A stretch of 64,000 nucleotides of DNA from Eledone cirrhosa (GCA_964016885.1 OZ024752.1:37138001-37202000); one strand, 5' to 3'. Numbered from the stretch's first letter, positions 1 to 13,611 are shown. A program made the numbers and translations. Notes: generated by a model from the letters alone, not told the origin.

Positions 1-47
1 AATTATATAATTAATACATGTGAAGCGAAATGAAACGTGTGTAATGG

Positions 48-78
<31 letters not shown>

Positions 79-451
79 TGGTATATGTGTGTGTATGTTG
101 GTATATGTATGTTGGTATATGTATGTGTGTTGGCATATGTGTGTATGTTGGAATATGTGTGTGTGTGTGTGTGTGTGTGTGTTGGTATATGTGTGTGATG
201 GTATGAGTGTGTGTGTGTTGGTATATGTGTGTGTGGAAGACACGAGGCGTTGAAGGAAGGAAAAAAAATATCATTTATGTTGTCAACTTTTGTTACCACT
301 TCACTTAATATATATGATTGCTTCGAACCATAACGATGTTGGTTGGTGAAGGTGTTGGTTCGAGAGTGTTCATACATAATACAAGTGGTTGAAACAAAAT
401 TATTGAAAATTATTGTGAATGATCACAATAAATTATTGCTGTGGTAAAGCT

Positions 452-847
452 CCAAGTCATGTGAGTTAGCAGATATTCTAGCTGTGACCACTTTGTCTAT
501 TCAGAAATGTTTAAGACTGCAATACCAAACATGTCCTTTCACCCTTTTTTTTAAAGACTATGTGGTAGGATTTGAGGGAGATTTGGCTCAAGTCATCTGA
601 GTTAGCAGATATTCTAGCTGTGACCACTTTGTCTATTCAGAAATGTTTAAGACTGCAATACCAAACATGTCCTTTTACCCTTTTTTTAAAGACTATGTGG
701 TAGGATTTGAGGGAGAATTGGCTCAAGTCATGTGAGTTAGCAGATATTCTAGCTGTGACCACTTTGTCTATTCAGAAATGTTTAAGACAAACATGTCCTT
801 TCACCTTTTTTTTAAAGACTATGTGGTAGGATTTGAGGGAGATTTGG
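452..847. repeat. Tandem triplication of a ~135-bp unit, probably part of an interspersed repeat
   Basis: Three near-identical copies of CAAGTCATGTGAGTTAGCAGATATTCTAGC...GGATTTGAGGGAGATTTGG starting near 453, 589 and 724. Confidence 0.9.
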
Positions 848-3156
848 CTGCTGTTTCTAGTTTGGTCGAGCAACAATTTAGAAGCTTCCTTATTCGCTTG
901 AGCGCCGTTAATTTATCGGGGTTTCAACAGATACACCATATAGGGATGATACCGGATGATAGAAGAGTGGAGAGTTGTTAGAATATGTTATGTTTTGGCA
1001 TAAAGTACCAGGTTAACCCTGTTAAGTATCAATCATGATTCAGTGGCTCAATAAATTTAAGAAACACCGCACTTTAACCTCATCAGTGCCGTAGACAAGA
1101 TAACTCGTCCTAACATGTTTGAACTCTTTTCCAATAATTCATAATTTTAAAGCTAGATGGGGTTACTAATATATTGATGTGACGTTTGTCAATCAAAATA
1201 GTCATTTTATTTTTAAAATAACAATAAAACCGACACAGCAACTGTAGCTGTGTAAAATATACGCAACAGTCAACAGATTAAAGAGTAATTATATTAATCT
1301 CAATTACAAGATATGGAAAAGATTAGGATAACAATTTCATGAAAAAGACAAAGGGCATAGGTTTAAGGATAAAGATCCGTAACTCCTTGTGGAGTCGAAG
1401 AGGCACCGTCATACGGTGTGTCTAGGGCACTTTTAAACCTGGCGGAGCCCAACCCTCTCTAGATCTGAACACAGCTAATTTTTTTCTATGGAGGAAGAAT
1501 CGACACAAGTACTGGACTGGTACTTTTTTTTATCGACCTCGAAAGGATAAAAGGCAACGTTGACCCCGCTGGGAGTTGAACTCAGAGTACGCAATGGTGT
1601 GGGAAGAATACTGTAGAGCATTCTATCCGTCATCTTAACGACTCTGGCAATCCGCCTAGATTTAAAGGGCACTGATAAATGACACAGGTTTCAAAATGTA
1701 TTTATTATGATAGCTTTTGGCAGGTTTATTCATAAAGTATAAGAAGGGGAAATATATGACAGATATGTCAAAATAATTTACATTTATTTAACCAAAGACA
1801 AAGAAAAGAAAATTATCTTAAGTTTTTCATTTATTAAATTTTATTTTGATACCAGTTTATGACTACTACTACGAGATAATATAATAGTATATTAAATATC
1901 AAATAATACATATATATAAATATCGTAAAATAAAAAATATAATATTTATTTATACATAGTATATATTATATTATTTATAACGATTAACGATTTTATTTAT
2001 AATATATTATTTACAATTTACGTATAGGCAGTTCTCTCTGGAAATAGGGTTGGGGACGCTGAGGGTATTACATGGCCGTGAGAAAGAGACGGTGGCCCCA
2101 AAAAGTTTGAGAACTTCTGCTTTAGAACGAAACATTTCTTCGACCTTCAGCAACTAACTTCTATCTAAATAAAAAATAGACAATACATTTTTTTTTATTT
2201 TTAGAAATGTTTAAATAGCAAAGAGTGTTAAAATAAGCAATGTGCTGTTGGCATTGTTTTTAGAACATCTAGGACCTTGTAACACTTGAAGCGTAGTATC
2301 TAACAAAGCAGGGAAGAGAATTAATCCTGTTGACTAATAGCTAAAATCTCGACCAGTTCTGTAACTATAACAGTGTGTACATAGAAAGCAGAATATTGGG
2401 AGAGTGGCAATTCAGACGTTGGACTAATATAAAGCAGGTATTTTGAATATTGGGAGAGCGGCAATTCAGACGTTGGACTAATAAACAAAACCTATAGTAG
2501 CTGATTAGAAACCATAAGCAATCTCGTTCGGAGTATATTTGAAAAAAACTGTGAGATTCCTCTTGACAATAATTATATAGACTTACATTTGTTGATTGTA
2601 TGTCTGAACGTGAGTTGACTGTTTTATAATTATATTAAAAGAAACAAAACAAGAAAGAAAAAAAAGAAAAAAGAAAAAAAAACGTTCTAGTTGTCTGCTA
2701 TGAAATGTTTCACATTTAAATATAGTATTGTCATGCCATTATCAATTAATCGAGATCTCAGTCAATTGTAAGCATTTATCAGTAATCAAATATTCGTAAT
2801 TGATGTGAAGCAAAACGAAAATTCTCGAATGATTCAAATTAGGCTTGGTTGTTGGAACAAAGAGAGAAGGAGAGGACCAGGTGACTGTTAATGTATATAT
2901 ATTGTTATAGAGGAAATATAACAATAGATACATTAACAGCTTCGTGAGACACAGATTTCCACGTGCGTGTTGTTTGAGAAAGAAATATATTGATATGCAC
3001 TAGTTTTAATGAGATATGCTGATATATACATGTTATAAGACATGTATACATGCACGCATGCGTGTTCATGCATGTCCACGCTGTGACACACAGATATACA
3101 TTCATCATTATTTACGTACATACATACATACATACATACATACATACATACATACA

Positions 3157-3764
3157 TGGTGGCTGCCAACTCGTTTTCGAGTACGGCCACTACTTTATAT
3201 CCATGTAGGAGAACTCCTACCGATGCGCTGAACGAGTGTGACTTTTTAGTCCAGCCAGCGACTTGAATACTCTGGTACAAACACTACACTTGTGACAATT
3301 ATTGACACATAGTGCTGGGCCCATGGTTCCATGTGACGACAAGTGCAGAGAGATCTCCAGATATAAAGCAATGCCTGTGCCGTGAAGCTTTTATAGTGAG
3401 CAAAGGCACTGCACAAAGCCAGTCCCACTCTCTTAACCAAGATGATATTTACCAAAAAGAAGAACAAGTCAACATCATTGGATACCATGAGGGTTGCAGG
3501 TGTTATATCAGAGTTTTCCTTCTCCTAGAATTCTGCCTTGACAAAGGCTAAGGGGTCATCTCTCCCGGTGAATTTGGATGGCCATTGACTCTTAAGAGCT
3601 CCTTTGCCCTTTGACAGGTTTTGTTTTTAGTCCTGCAGGATGTCCAAAGTCACCCTCCTCACCAAGAAACCTTGGTGGGGTTGCCAGTTTAGTCGCCAAC
3701 GACCCGACCATGGGACAGGTTGTACTGGGATACATGTTACCACTAGCACCAATTGGTGACCTGA
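3157..3764 (-). mobile_element. ~600-bp non-autonomous RTE-derived element (5'UTR-like body plus RTE-type 3' end, (TATG)n tail), copy A
   Basis: Highly similar to 32531-33125 and flanked by (CATA)n. Internal part aligns with the RTE 5'UTR at 31960-32184; terminus resembles 15949-15987. Confidence 0.8.
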
Positions 3765-4470
3765 CATACATACATACATACATACATACATACATACATA
3801 CATACATACATACACACACACTACTACTATTACTATTACGACGACGAAATTATTTCATTTATTAGCCACCAGGGCTCGAACATAGAAAACAATAAACGTT
3901 AAGACAGTAAAATTTTCATGAATCAAAAGCAAAGCAGAAAAAATGTTTGTTTCATTTTAAAAGCGAATTAACTATCGATTTGAGCAGAAAGATTTTGAAC
4001 ACCTTTTTTGGTTGTTTCCTGCAACAAAAGGACTGTTTTTTTAGGGGCCATTATATATAGAGAGAGGTTCTGAAAAATAACTTCCGTTGTTTGGCAAAAT
4101 GGCGTAGCCCATTTGAATTATAAACGTTTCGTTTTTGTCTGTTTTTGTTATTATTATTATTTATTTTCTACTTTGATTCAAAGATGTTAGGTTAGAGTTT
4201 TCAGAGAATGTTTACAAAGTGTCTCAGACTGGTTACTAACGATTCCTACAATGATAGAGACAACTATACAGAGCTTGTATCCTGCTGTTCTTTGTTTTTC
4301 TTTTTTTTTTCTTTTTTTGGTACAGCACAATAAAAGTTCTTTAGAGATAACTGTTCGATTGACAAATGTCGCTTGTAAAATTGCCAATATTCTACAGATG
4401 AACCGTCTGAAATACTCGGTAAAATGTGTGCGTGTGTGTGTGTGTTAACAATGTGTATATATATATATAT

Positions 4471-4642
4471 ATGTTTAATATAGAAATGGCTTCTACAGGA
4501 CTAGAACTGTTTCATTCGAAGGAAATCATCAGAGCTTTCCTGGTGATTTCCTTCCAATGAAACAGTTCTAGTCCTGTAGAAGCCATTTCTATATTAAACA
4601 TTGTATATACCTTACTTACTGCGGTTACCCCCGATTGAAACA
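4471..4642. mobile_element. Penelope-like pseudo-LTR fold-back with hammerhead core
   Basis: 62-bp inverted arms 4471-4532 and 4540-4601 next to (TA)n. Minus strand reads CTGATGA-TTTCCTTCGAAT-GAAA-CAGTTCTAGTCCTG-TA. Same family as 5901-6682. Confidence 0.7.
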
Positions 4643-4959
4643 CTGTTTCCATTCGTCTTTTAAACTGTTAATACTATCTGTCGGTCGCAACTCCAGGCAG
4701 AAGAAGCAGCGTGAAATAAAGAGTCTTGCTCAAGGAGATAACGCATCGCCCGGTCTGGGAATCGAAATCGAAATCTCATTACTTCATCTGCTTGGATATA
4801 TATATATATATATACATATATTATATATATATATAATATACATATATTATATATATATATAATATATGTATTATATATATATATAATATATGTATATTAT
4901 ATATATATATAATATATGTATATTATATATATAATATACATATATTATATATATATATA

Positions 4960-5122
4960 ATTGTTTCTACTTTAGGCACAAGGCCAGCAATTAACCAGTA
5001 CATTACTGGTACTTTATTTTATCGACCCCGTAAGGATGAAAGGCAAAGTTAACCTCGGCGGGATTTGAACTCAGACTGTAAAGGGACGTAACTATGCTAG
5101 AAAGCATGGCGTCCGACCCTCT
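4960..5122 (-). mobile_element. tRNA-derived SINE (major family), partial
   Basis: Reverse complement of B-box GAGTTCAAATCC and family core ACTTTGCCTTTCATCCTTACGGGGTCGATAAAATAAAGTACCAG. Confidence 0.85.
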
Positions 5123-5379
5123 ATTATATATATATATATATATAATATACATATATTATATATATTTATAATATACATATATTATATATATATATAATAT
5201 ACATATATTATATATATATATAATATACATATATTATATATATATATAATATACATATATATAATATACATATATATATAATATACATATATTATATATA
5301 TATATAATATACATATATTATATATATATATAATATACATATATTATATATATATATAATATACATATATATAATATAC

Positions 5380-5418
<39 letters not shown>

Positions 5419-5866
5419 TATATATTTTACACACACACACACATGCATGCATATATTCATTTAGACACACACGTATACTGATCTACACACACGTCTATGC
5501 GAGGTTGTGTGTGTGAGTAGAAAGAGAAAGTGCGAGAAAGTGCGAGAACGGGGAGGGTGAAAGGGAGAGAGAGAGAGAGAGAGAGAGAGACTACTCGATA
5601 TAGTTCCTATCTGCCAGACAAAACAAACATGTTACATTATATAAACATGTCCAGTTAGTACTAACTGTATATTTGATCTTTGTTAAACATCGAAGTTGAT
5701 AAATATCGATGTTGATATTTTTATAGTGATATTGATAGTTGATTTCTACCTGTCAATCCTGATAAATATATTGATACCAGACTCCGACAAAATTGTGTAC
5801 AAAATAATGCAATTATTGAATTCCGGCATGAAAATATTGATTTCTTACAAATACACTGAAGCATTC

Positions 5867-5904
<38 letters not shown>

Positions 5905-5916
5905 TTAATATAGATG

Positions 5917-5967
5917 AGATTCTACAGGACTAGAACTGTTTCATTCATTAGAAATCATCAGGAATCT
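5917..5967 (-). ncRNA. Type I hammerhead ribozyme motif (mirror copy)
   Basis: Reverse complement of 6142-6192. Confidence 0.75.
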
Positions 5968-6141
5968 GGGTATCAAAAAATAAAAATGGTATTTATAGGT
6001 CTCTACAAGTGGTAGGAGAGGGCGGGGAGTGGGATGGGTGTAGGTCATTGGTTGATAGAAATGACCTACACCCATCCCACTCCCCGCCCTCTCCTACCAC
6101 TTGTAGAGACCTATAAATACCATTTTTATTTTTTGATACCC

Positions 6142-6192
6142 AGATTCCTGATGATTTCTAATGAATGAAACAGTTCTAGTCCTGTAGAATCT
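6142..6192 (+). ncRNA. Type I hammerhead ribozyme motif
   Basis: AGATTC-CTGATGA-T(TTC TAAT GAA)T-GAAA-CAG TTCTAGTC CTG-TA-GAATCT: stem I, conserved core, stems II and III, GUA cleavage triplet. Confidence 0.78.
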
Positions 6193-6274
6193 CATCTATA
6201 TTAAAACTTTTATACTCTGCTATGTATTGAGTACCTTACTTACTGTGGTTACCTCCGATTCAACCCGGAATAAC

Positions 6275-6321
<47 letters not shown>

Positions 6322-6455
6322 CATATATATCTATATCTATATATAAATATGTATCTATATATGCATATGTACATATATATATACATGCATATCTCATATC
6401 TATATACATATGCATATATATATGTATCTATATATGCATATCTATATATGCATAT

Positions 6456-6557
<102 letters not shown>

Positions 6558-6679
6558 GTTATTCCGGGTTGAATCGGAGGTAACCACAGTAAGTAAGGTA
6601 CTCAATACATAGCAGAGTATAACAGTTTTAATATAGATGAGATTCTACAGGACTAGAACTGTTTCATTCTTTAGAAATA

Positions 6680-6720
<41 letters not shown>

Positions 6721-6723
<3 letters not shown>

Positions 6724-7036
6724 TCCCATAAGAAACAGAGGATCAGTGTTGCGACGAATACAATTTATTAGACATATTACAATCGTTTCTCTGGCGACCA
6801 GCTCGAGGCACGATCGATGTAATGATAGAACCTGACTCTGAAATCGCAAGGTCCTCAGATACGTCTCGATCGTGCCTCGAGCTGGTCGCCAGAGAAACGA
6901 TTGTAATATGTCTAATAAATTTTATTCGTCGCAACACTGATTCTCCGTTTTTTTATGTGATATCATACTCTGCTCTGTAAGAGCATCGAGTGCTCAAACG
7001 GCCTACCGCTTACGGACGCTTTAAGCATCCCACACC

Positions 7037-7040
<4 letters not shown>
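6721..7040. mobile_element. Fold-back fragment in (TA)n, second family, with a degenerate hammerhead half
   Basis: ~95-bp inverted arms 6721-6816 and 6866-6962, containing GA-G-CTGG TCG CCAG-A-GAAA-CGATTG-TA. Confidence 0.55.
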
Positions 7041-7092
<52 letters not shown>

Positions 7093-7310
7093 GTAAAAGG
7101 ACGAATTGTTATGCCTTCATTACGTTTATTGAGTAGTGACGCGCGTTTCGCTATTGATCTGCTCAAGTTTGGATCTGTATCGATCTGGCCCGACTCTGGA
7201 ATCAAATCCCGCCGAGGTTAACTTTGCCTTTCATCCTTACGGGGTCGATAAAATAAAGTACCAGTAATACACTGGGATAATTGCTGGCTTTGTGCCAAAA
7301 GTAGAAATAA

Positions 7311-7369
<59 letters not shown>

Positions 7370-7621
7370 CAGGAAAAATGAAACGAAATTTCATTTCCCA
7401 CTCTTAGTACGGCTGTTACTTAAGTATGTACACGTACATACATATATGTATACAGACATACAGTAGTATGTATATATACATACATGCACACATATATATA
7501 TGTACGTATGGATTCACCGAACATTTATTATAATGCTCGGAGTGTTTGTAAACAAACATCCCGTATTAAGCCGTAGTGTCCAGCAACCATCGTTGCTCGT
7601 TTGTTCAACACTGACAAAGGA

Positions 7622-7664
7622 ACGCTGTACTAGTTTCAAGCTTATTAGCTATCATCAGCAACGT
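7622..7664 (-). ncRNA. Minimal type I hammerhead ribozyme motif
   Basis: Minus strand ACGTTG-CTGATGA-TAGCT AATA AGCTT-GAAA-CTAG-TA-CAGCGT, with palindromic ACTAGT at stem III as in Penelope-type minimal hammerheads. Confidence 0.75.
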
Positions 7665-7692
7665 ATACCTTCCTGCCTCGGAAAGAGTTTTT

Positions 7693-7728
<36 letters not shown>

Positions 7729-9448
7729 AAAAACTCTTTCCGAGCAATGTAAGGAACACTTTTGATTATTTATGCCCTTGAGAACCCAACTGGGCGAAAC
7801 GTACGTAGGTGCTGTTTTAAATAAACATGTTTTAACGGTCTATTCTACGATTTTTTACTTTCCCACGTGCTTACGCTCTGCTAATTCTCTAGCCCACTAA
7901 ATATTAACACTTCGAATATTTAATACTGCCGGCACTAGTATCGAGCACCTTTGGCATACGCTACTTGGCAAATAACTATATGTATCACCTATCCTCCCCT
8001 TTTTTTCTCTCTCTCGATACGTAAATACTGTATATATATATATATATTGGTAAACGGAATAGAAAATGCTGACAAATTGTTCACAGTTGAAAAATAGTTT
8101 AATTAGGAATAAAAGAGTATTAGTGATTGTATGGGTTAGTATTCAGTTGTGGTTTTAAGTTTTTAAGTTTTTACCGGTTGCGCATTTCTAAATGCTTTTC
8201 AAAAATAATTTTGAGATAGAGTGTCCGTGCTGTTTGCTCTGATATATATATATATATATATATCGAGAGAGAGAGTGGGGAGATAGAGAGGGACAAGATA
8301 TAGAGGGGTGGGGTGGGAGATATAGAGGGGAGAGAAGATATAGACGGTGGGGAGAAGATATAGAGGGAGAGTGTGAAAAGAATAGAGAACACTTGACAAA
8401 AGCCACTGATTTCTGGTACGAATGAAAGCATTCTAAAACATGGAGGATACTTCACCGTCCTCATGTTTGGTCTTATATTTGTGTTCCATGAATTCTAAAT
8501 AAAATTTTCAGACCATTTTTGACAGATCATAGTATCCGTTTGATAGACGGACAAAATGCTGTACAGTTATCATGATATAGATTCACGAACATTTTACATT
8601 TTATTGAATATTTCGAAAATAAAAGATCCTTTCAGAATTATACATGTAATCAATTAGGGTCACGACCCGTATATTGGGAATCGTTGTGTTGCAGCATAAG
8701 TTAGCTGTTGCTTGTGACGTTTAATTCTCTATTAATGGCTTCGGAATTTTAATATCCACCGAGTGTAGTGTCTTTATATTCAGCGAAGCTTGTCAATAAT
8801 TCTTCAACTCAGAACAGATAATGAAGATAGTACCACATTTAATATTTGACTTCGAAATATAAATTCCGAAATTACTACTATTTAGAACAACATGAGCTAA
8901 ATTTAATTTGTTTTGAAGGTTAACGTAGGCGTAGAATACGGTTTTATATTCAAACTAAATGCGTATTCTGACACAAAGGACATCTGAAAGAGATTCAAAA
9001 GTTAAAGTAGTTTAGAACTAACACGGTCGTACCATCATTGCTTGATGAAACATAAAAATGACATTACTACAACATAAAACTACTAGTACTATCAATTATG
9101 GTAATGATATTCTTCCTGTTAGAAATGTAATAGCATCTGTTTTAGGATTATGTTTATATAATAAAAGCAATACTCATTAAATACTTCATATTAACTGTGT
9201 TTTAGTAGTTAACATTCTTGTGGAGAAAAATCTTTAATTTCTCTAACGTCGAAAACATTTTGTTTTATATTCTCACAAAAAACAATAATACACATTTAGC
9301 TAAGGTTTCTATAGTAATATTCCTCTTCTCCAAACTCTTCTTTTATCACTGATATATATTTTAGAAGACGATGTGTGCTTACATTTATCGTATAATCTTC
9401 TTGCGAAAGGCAACATTCTAAATAAAACTCTTTGTGCAGTGATGTGAA

Positions 9449-9774
9449 ACAACAACAATAATAGCAACAACAATAGCAACAACAACAACAACAACAACAA
9501 TAGCAATAACAACAATAACAACAACAACAACAACGAACAGCAACAAAGAACAACAGCAACAGCAATAGCTACAGAGAACATCAACAACAATAGCAACAAC
9601 GACAACAACAACAACAATAGCAACAACGACAACAACAATAATAGCTACAGAGAACATCAACAACAATAGCAACAACGACAACAACAACAACAATAGCAAC
9701 AACGACAACAACAATAATAGCAACAGAGAACATCAACAACAATAGCAACAACAACAGCAACAACAGCAACAAAG

Positions 9775-9811
<37 letters not shown>

Positions 9812-9833
9812 CCGTCAACAACAGCAACAAAGA
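9449..9833. repeat. (AAC)n-derived compound repeat
   Basis: AAC/AGC/AAT triplets with a recurring ACAGAGAACATC spacer. Confidence 0.9.
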
Positions 9834-9905
9834 ACGCCATTCGATTTCCGAATAAATTCGATTCAATGAAAAAAAATAAAAGAATCTAAATTATCTGATA
9901 ACGTA

Positions 9906-10662
9906 AGGTTGTGGAACATTGCAACAATGGTGGAGGTGGTGGTGGTGGTGGTATAGGTGGTGGTGGTGGTGGTGGTGGTGGTATAGGTGGTGGTGGTGGT
10001 GGTGGTATAGGTGGTGGTGGTGATGGTGATGGTTGTGGAACATTGCAGCAATGGTGGTGGAGGTGGTGGTGGTCGTGGTGGTGGGGTGGTGGTGGTATAG
10101 GTGGTGGTGGTGATGGTGATGGTTGTGGAACATTGTGGTGGTGGTGGTGGTAGTGGTGGTAGTATAGGTGGTGGTGATGGTGATGGTTGTGGAACATTGC
10201 AGCAATGGTTGTGGTGGTGGTGGTGGTGGTGGTGGTGGTGGTGATGGTGGTAGTATAGGTGGTGGTGGAATATTGTAGCAATGGTGATGGTGGTGGTGGT
10301 GGTGATAGTAGTGTAGCAATGGTGGTGGTGATGGTTGTAGTATTAGTATAGGTGGTGGTGGTGATGGTTGTAGTATTGGTATAGGTGGTGGTAGTGATGG
10401 TTGTAGTACTAGTATAGGTGGTGGTGGTAGTGGAACATTGTAGCAATGGTTGTGGTGGTGGTGGTGGTAGTGGAACATTGTAGCAATGGTTGTGGTGGTG
10501 GTGGAACATTGTAGCAATGGTGGTGGTGGTGGTGGTGGTGGTGGTGGTGGTGGAACATTGTAGCAATGGTTGTGGTGGTGGTGGTGGTAGTGCAACATTG
10601 TAGCAATGGTGGTGGTGGTGGTGGTAGTGGAACATTGTAGCTGTGGTGGTGGTGGTAGTGGT
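9906..10662. repeat. (GGT)n-derived compound minisatellite
   Basis: GGT runs punctuated by GGAACATTGYAGCAAT and GTATAG motifs. Confidence 0.9.
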
Positions 10663-11038
10663 ATCGATTCTGAAGTTCTAAAGTCGATTGGGAGGGGGAG
10701 GGGGGAGGTAAAAGGAACGACAGAACGCCGGACAAAATACCTGAGACATTTAGTTGTGACTCTTTATGATTTAATTTCGAAACTCACCGAAGTCAATAGA
10801 TTGGGAGAGAGAGCCGGAAGGGGTAGGGAGAGAGGGAGAGAGGGAGAAAGTGAGAGAGAGAGAGATGGAGATGGAGAGAGGGGGAAGTGAGCAAGAGATA
10901 TAGAGGAAGAATCAATCCCAGTACGAGACTGGTATATTTTTTTAGCGACCGCAAAAGGATGAAAAGCAAAGTTGACCTCGCCGGGATTTGAAGTGAGAGA
11001 GCAGAGAGCTGGAACAAATGCCAGAAAACATTCTATCC

Positions 11039-11263
11039 GAGGCATGTCAAACTGGGGTATCCCCCGAGGGCCAAATGAGTCACATATGTGTTGTCTGAGA
11101 GCTATACACGACAACTATTTGCGCACATTACAACACATTTTTTTTTTTTATTTTATATTACAAAGATAAAACATGCTCGCGCTGTAAAAACCTTTGTGTG
11201 GGTCGCATGTGTTCGTATGGGTCGCAGGTGTACTTGTAAAAGGCCGCATGTTTGACATGCCTG
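11039..11263. mobile_element. hAT-type MITE inserted in a SINE
   Basis: Terminal inverted repeats (g)AGGCATGTCAAAC / GTTTGACATGCCTG and an 8-bp target duplication TTCTATCC at 11031-11038 and 11264-11271. Confidence 0.8.
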
Positions 11264-11449
11264 TTCTATCCGACGTTCTAATGACTACCAATTCGTTGTC
11301 TAACAGTAACAAATAGTTGGAACAAACACATGACGTTCTAACGACTCACCCATCTGACACTAAATACAGGCTTTTTTCTCAGCTATTTTCCAAGAGAAAC
11401 GTTTTTCAAACCAGAATTACCTCCTCTCTATCACATCACTAATACATCT

Positions 11450-11735
11450 CGTGAAAACTGAAAACCACTGAACAACTGTAACACCGACTTCCAACAGGTA
11501 GAAACAATAGTTTATAACTTTGCCTATTAATTCGTATGGTGAGCAAATGGGGCTCCCACGTGGCTGGCATCACCACAGCCCCGGCGGACAGGATGGAGAA
11601 GGCGTTTCCACGGAGGATGGTAAGGGAGATGCGCTGGAAAAACCATTCCAACTCGCGAGGCTGACACCTGCGGCTGGCCAGCTCAGCACCTATGGTGGTG
11701 AATAGGGAGGTAGCCCTAGGGCCGTGTGGCTGTGT
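11450..11735 (-). mobile_element. 3' fragment of a CRE-clade (restriction-like endonuclease) LINE
   Basis: Translation GPRATSLFTTIGAELASRRCQPRELEWFFQRISLTILRGNAFSILS fits the CRE C-terminal QRxSxxxxRGN motif; homologous to 48520-48860. Confidence 0.7.
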
Positions 11736-12807
11736 ATCTAAATTCATTTTGACCTCATTACATTATGGAGTTCAAATCCCGCCGAGGTTGACTTTGCCTT
11801 TCATCCTTACGTGGGTCGATAAAATAAAGTACCAGTAATGCACTGGGATAATTGCTGGCCTTGTGCCTAAAGTAGAAACAATTACATTATGGACTGTTAC
11901 GTATTTCATCGGCGAGATCTGAACTCAGGACGTAAAGCGACATAGCTCCATGCTGCAACATATCATAGGGGTCGATTCAATCACCCCCCTCCCCCGAATG
12001 TGCCAACATACTCATGTGTATGTGACCGTTCACACCTATGCAGGTTTAGTTGGCCTCCTCCAATGTATATCTCGTTGGGGGTGTCTTGGGTGATTTAATG
12101 ATAGGGACCCCCGAGTCCCTATCATCTCATTTCTACAGCTGAGTAAACTGGAGCAACGTGAAAATAAAGTGTCTTGCTCAAGGAAACAACACATCACCCG
12201 GTCCGAGAATTGAACTCACAACCTTTCGATTGCAAGCCCAATGCTCTAACCACTAAGCCATGCGCCTTCATGGGGGGGTCGACTTAATCGACTTTTCCCC
12301 TCCCCCAAATTGTTGGCTTTGTGCCAACATATTCCTGGGATCGATTTAATCAACTTTTCCCCTCCCCCGCAAATTGCTGGCCTTGTGCCTAAATCAGAAA
12401 CCAGTATATCAGTGGTAACTCCTCTCTCCACTACAACAGCTGGTGTGGGGAAGCACCGACACGTTTGCTAAAATGGTATATGATAGGACAATTTGATTAT
12501 ATTATTCCTGCTCTTCATAGTCTTGGTAAATATGTAGCAAGATTTCACAGCTCTAGCATCATTCCTTCATAGTTAGCTTATGAACCTTTCAGCCCACCCT
12601 CGTATAACGCTGGTATGGGAATGCAGCGTTATACGTTATACGTTTACTATTATACATATATACACATACATATACATACATATACATATATATACACACA
12701 CACACACATATATATATATTCACACACACACATATATATATATATATACACACACATATATATATATATATATACACACACATATATATATATATATATA
12801 CATATAT

Positions 12808-12850
<43 letters not shown>

Positions 12851-12899
12851 TATATATACACACACACACATATATATATATACATACACATAAACACAC

Positions 12900-13000
<101 letters not shown>

Positions 13001-13047
13001 TATATACACACACACACATATACACACACACACGCACACACACACAC

Positions 13048-13097
<50 letters not shown>

Positions 13098-13348
13098 GAC
13101 AATTTAATTATACCATCCCTGCTCTTCTTAGTATTGGCAAATGTGTAGCTTCTTCTTATGAGTGTCATAAACAAATTAGTCTGGATTCTGATGCTGCGCG
13201 TAACATCATAAAATGTAAGATGTCCGGAATGATAAATTCATGTCGAAAACATGAAGTAGTAAAAGAATTAGAGAATCAGCGAATCAGAATTGCGGTTTGA
13301 GGAGAATGTTTGATGAAATGTCATTACCTCATTGAGATAATAAGTATA

Positions 13349-13531
13349 GGAATAAAAATAAAAAAAAATAAAAAGAAAAAGAAGAAAAAGAAGAAAAAGA
13401 ATAAAAAGAAGAAAAAGAAGAAAAAGAAGAAAAAAAAGAAAAAGAAGAAAAAGAAAAAGAAGAAAAAGAAGAAAAAGAAGAAGAAAAAAGAAGAAAAAGA
13501 AGAAAAAGAAGAAAAAAAGAAGAAAAAAAAA
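13349..13531. repeat. A-rich (AAG/AAAAAG)n tract
   Basis: Purine-rich simple repeat; source of the poly-Lys ORF. Confidence 0.9.
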
Positions 13532-13611
13532 GAGAGAATAGTTATGTCTCAAGTGGAAGCCAAAGATTGTGGTCATGTTGTATCACTTCATAGACAATTG
13601 GAGATGGACAT

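Noticed and set aside
4326-4418. Possible plus-strand exon (HNKSSLEITV...), and other candidates at 36565-36690 and 54480-54660
   Set aside because: Splice-like signals are present, but there is no recognisable protein or partner exon to support them.
9886-10735. Pro/Thr/His-rich ORFs resembling extensin or mucin
   Set aside because: All frames are open because of (GGT)n; no splice or start context found.
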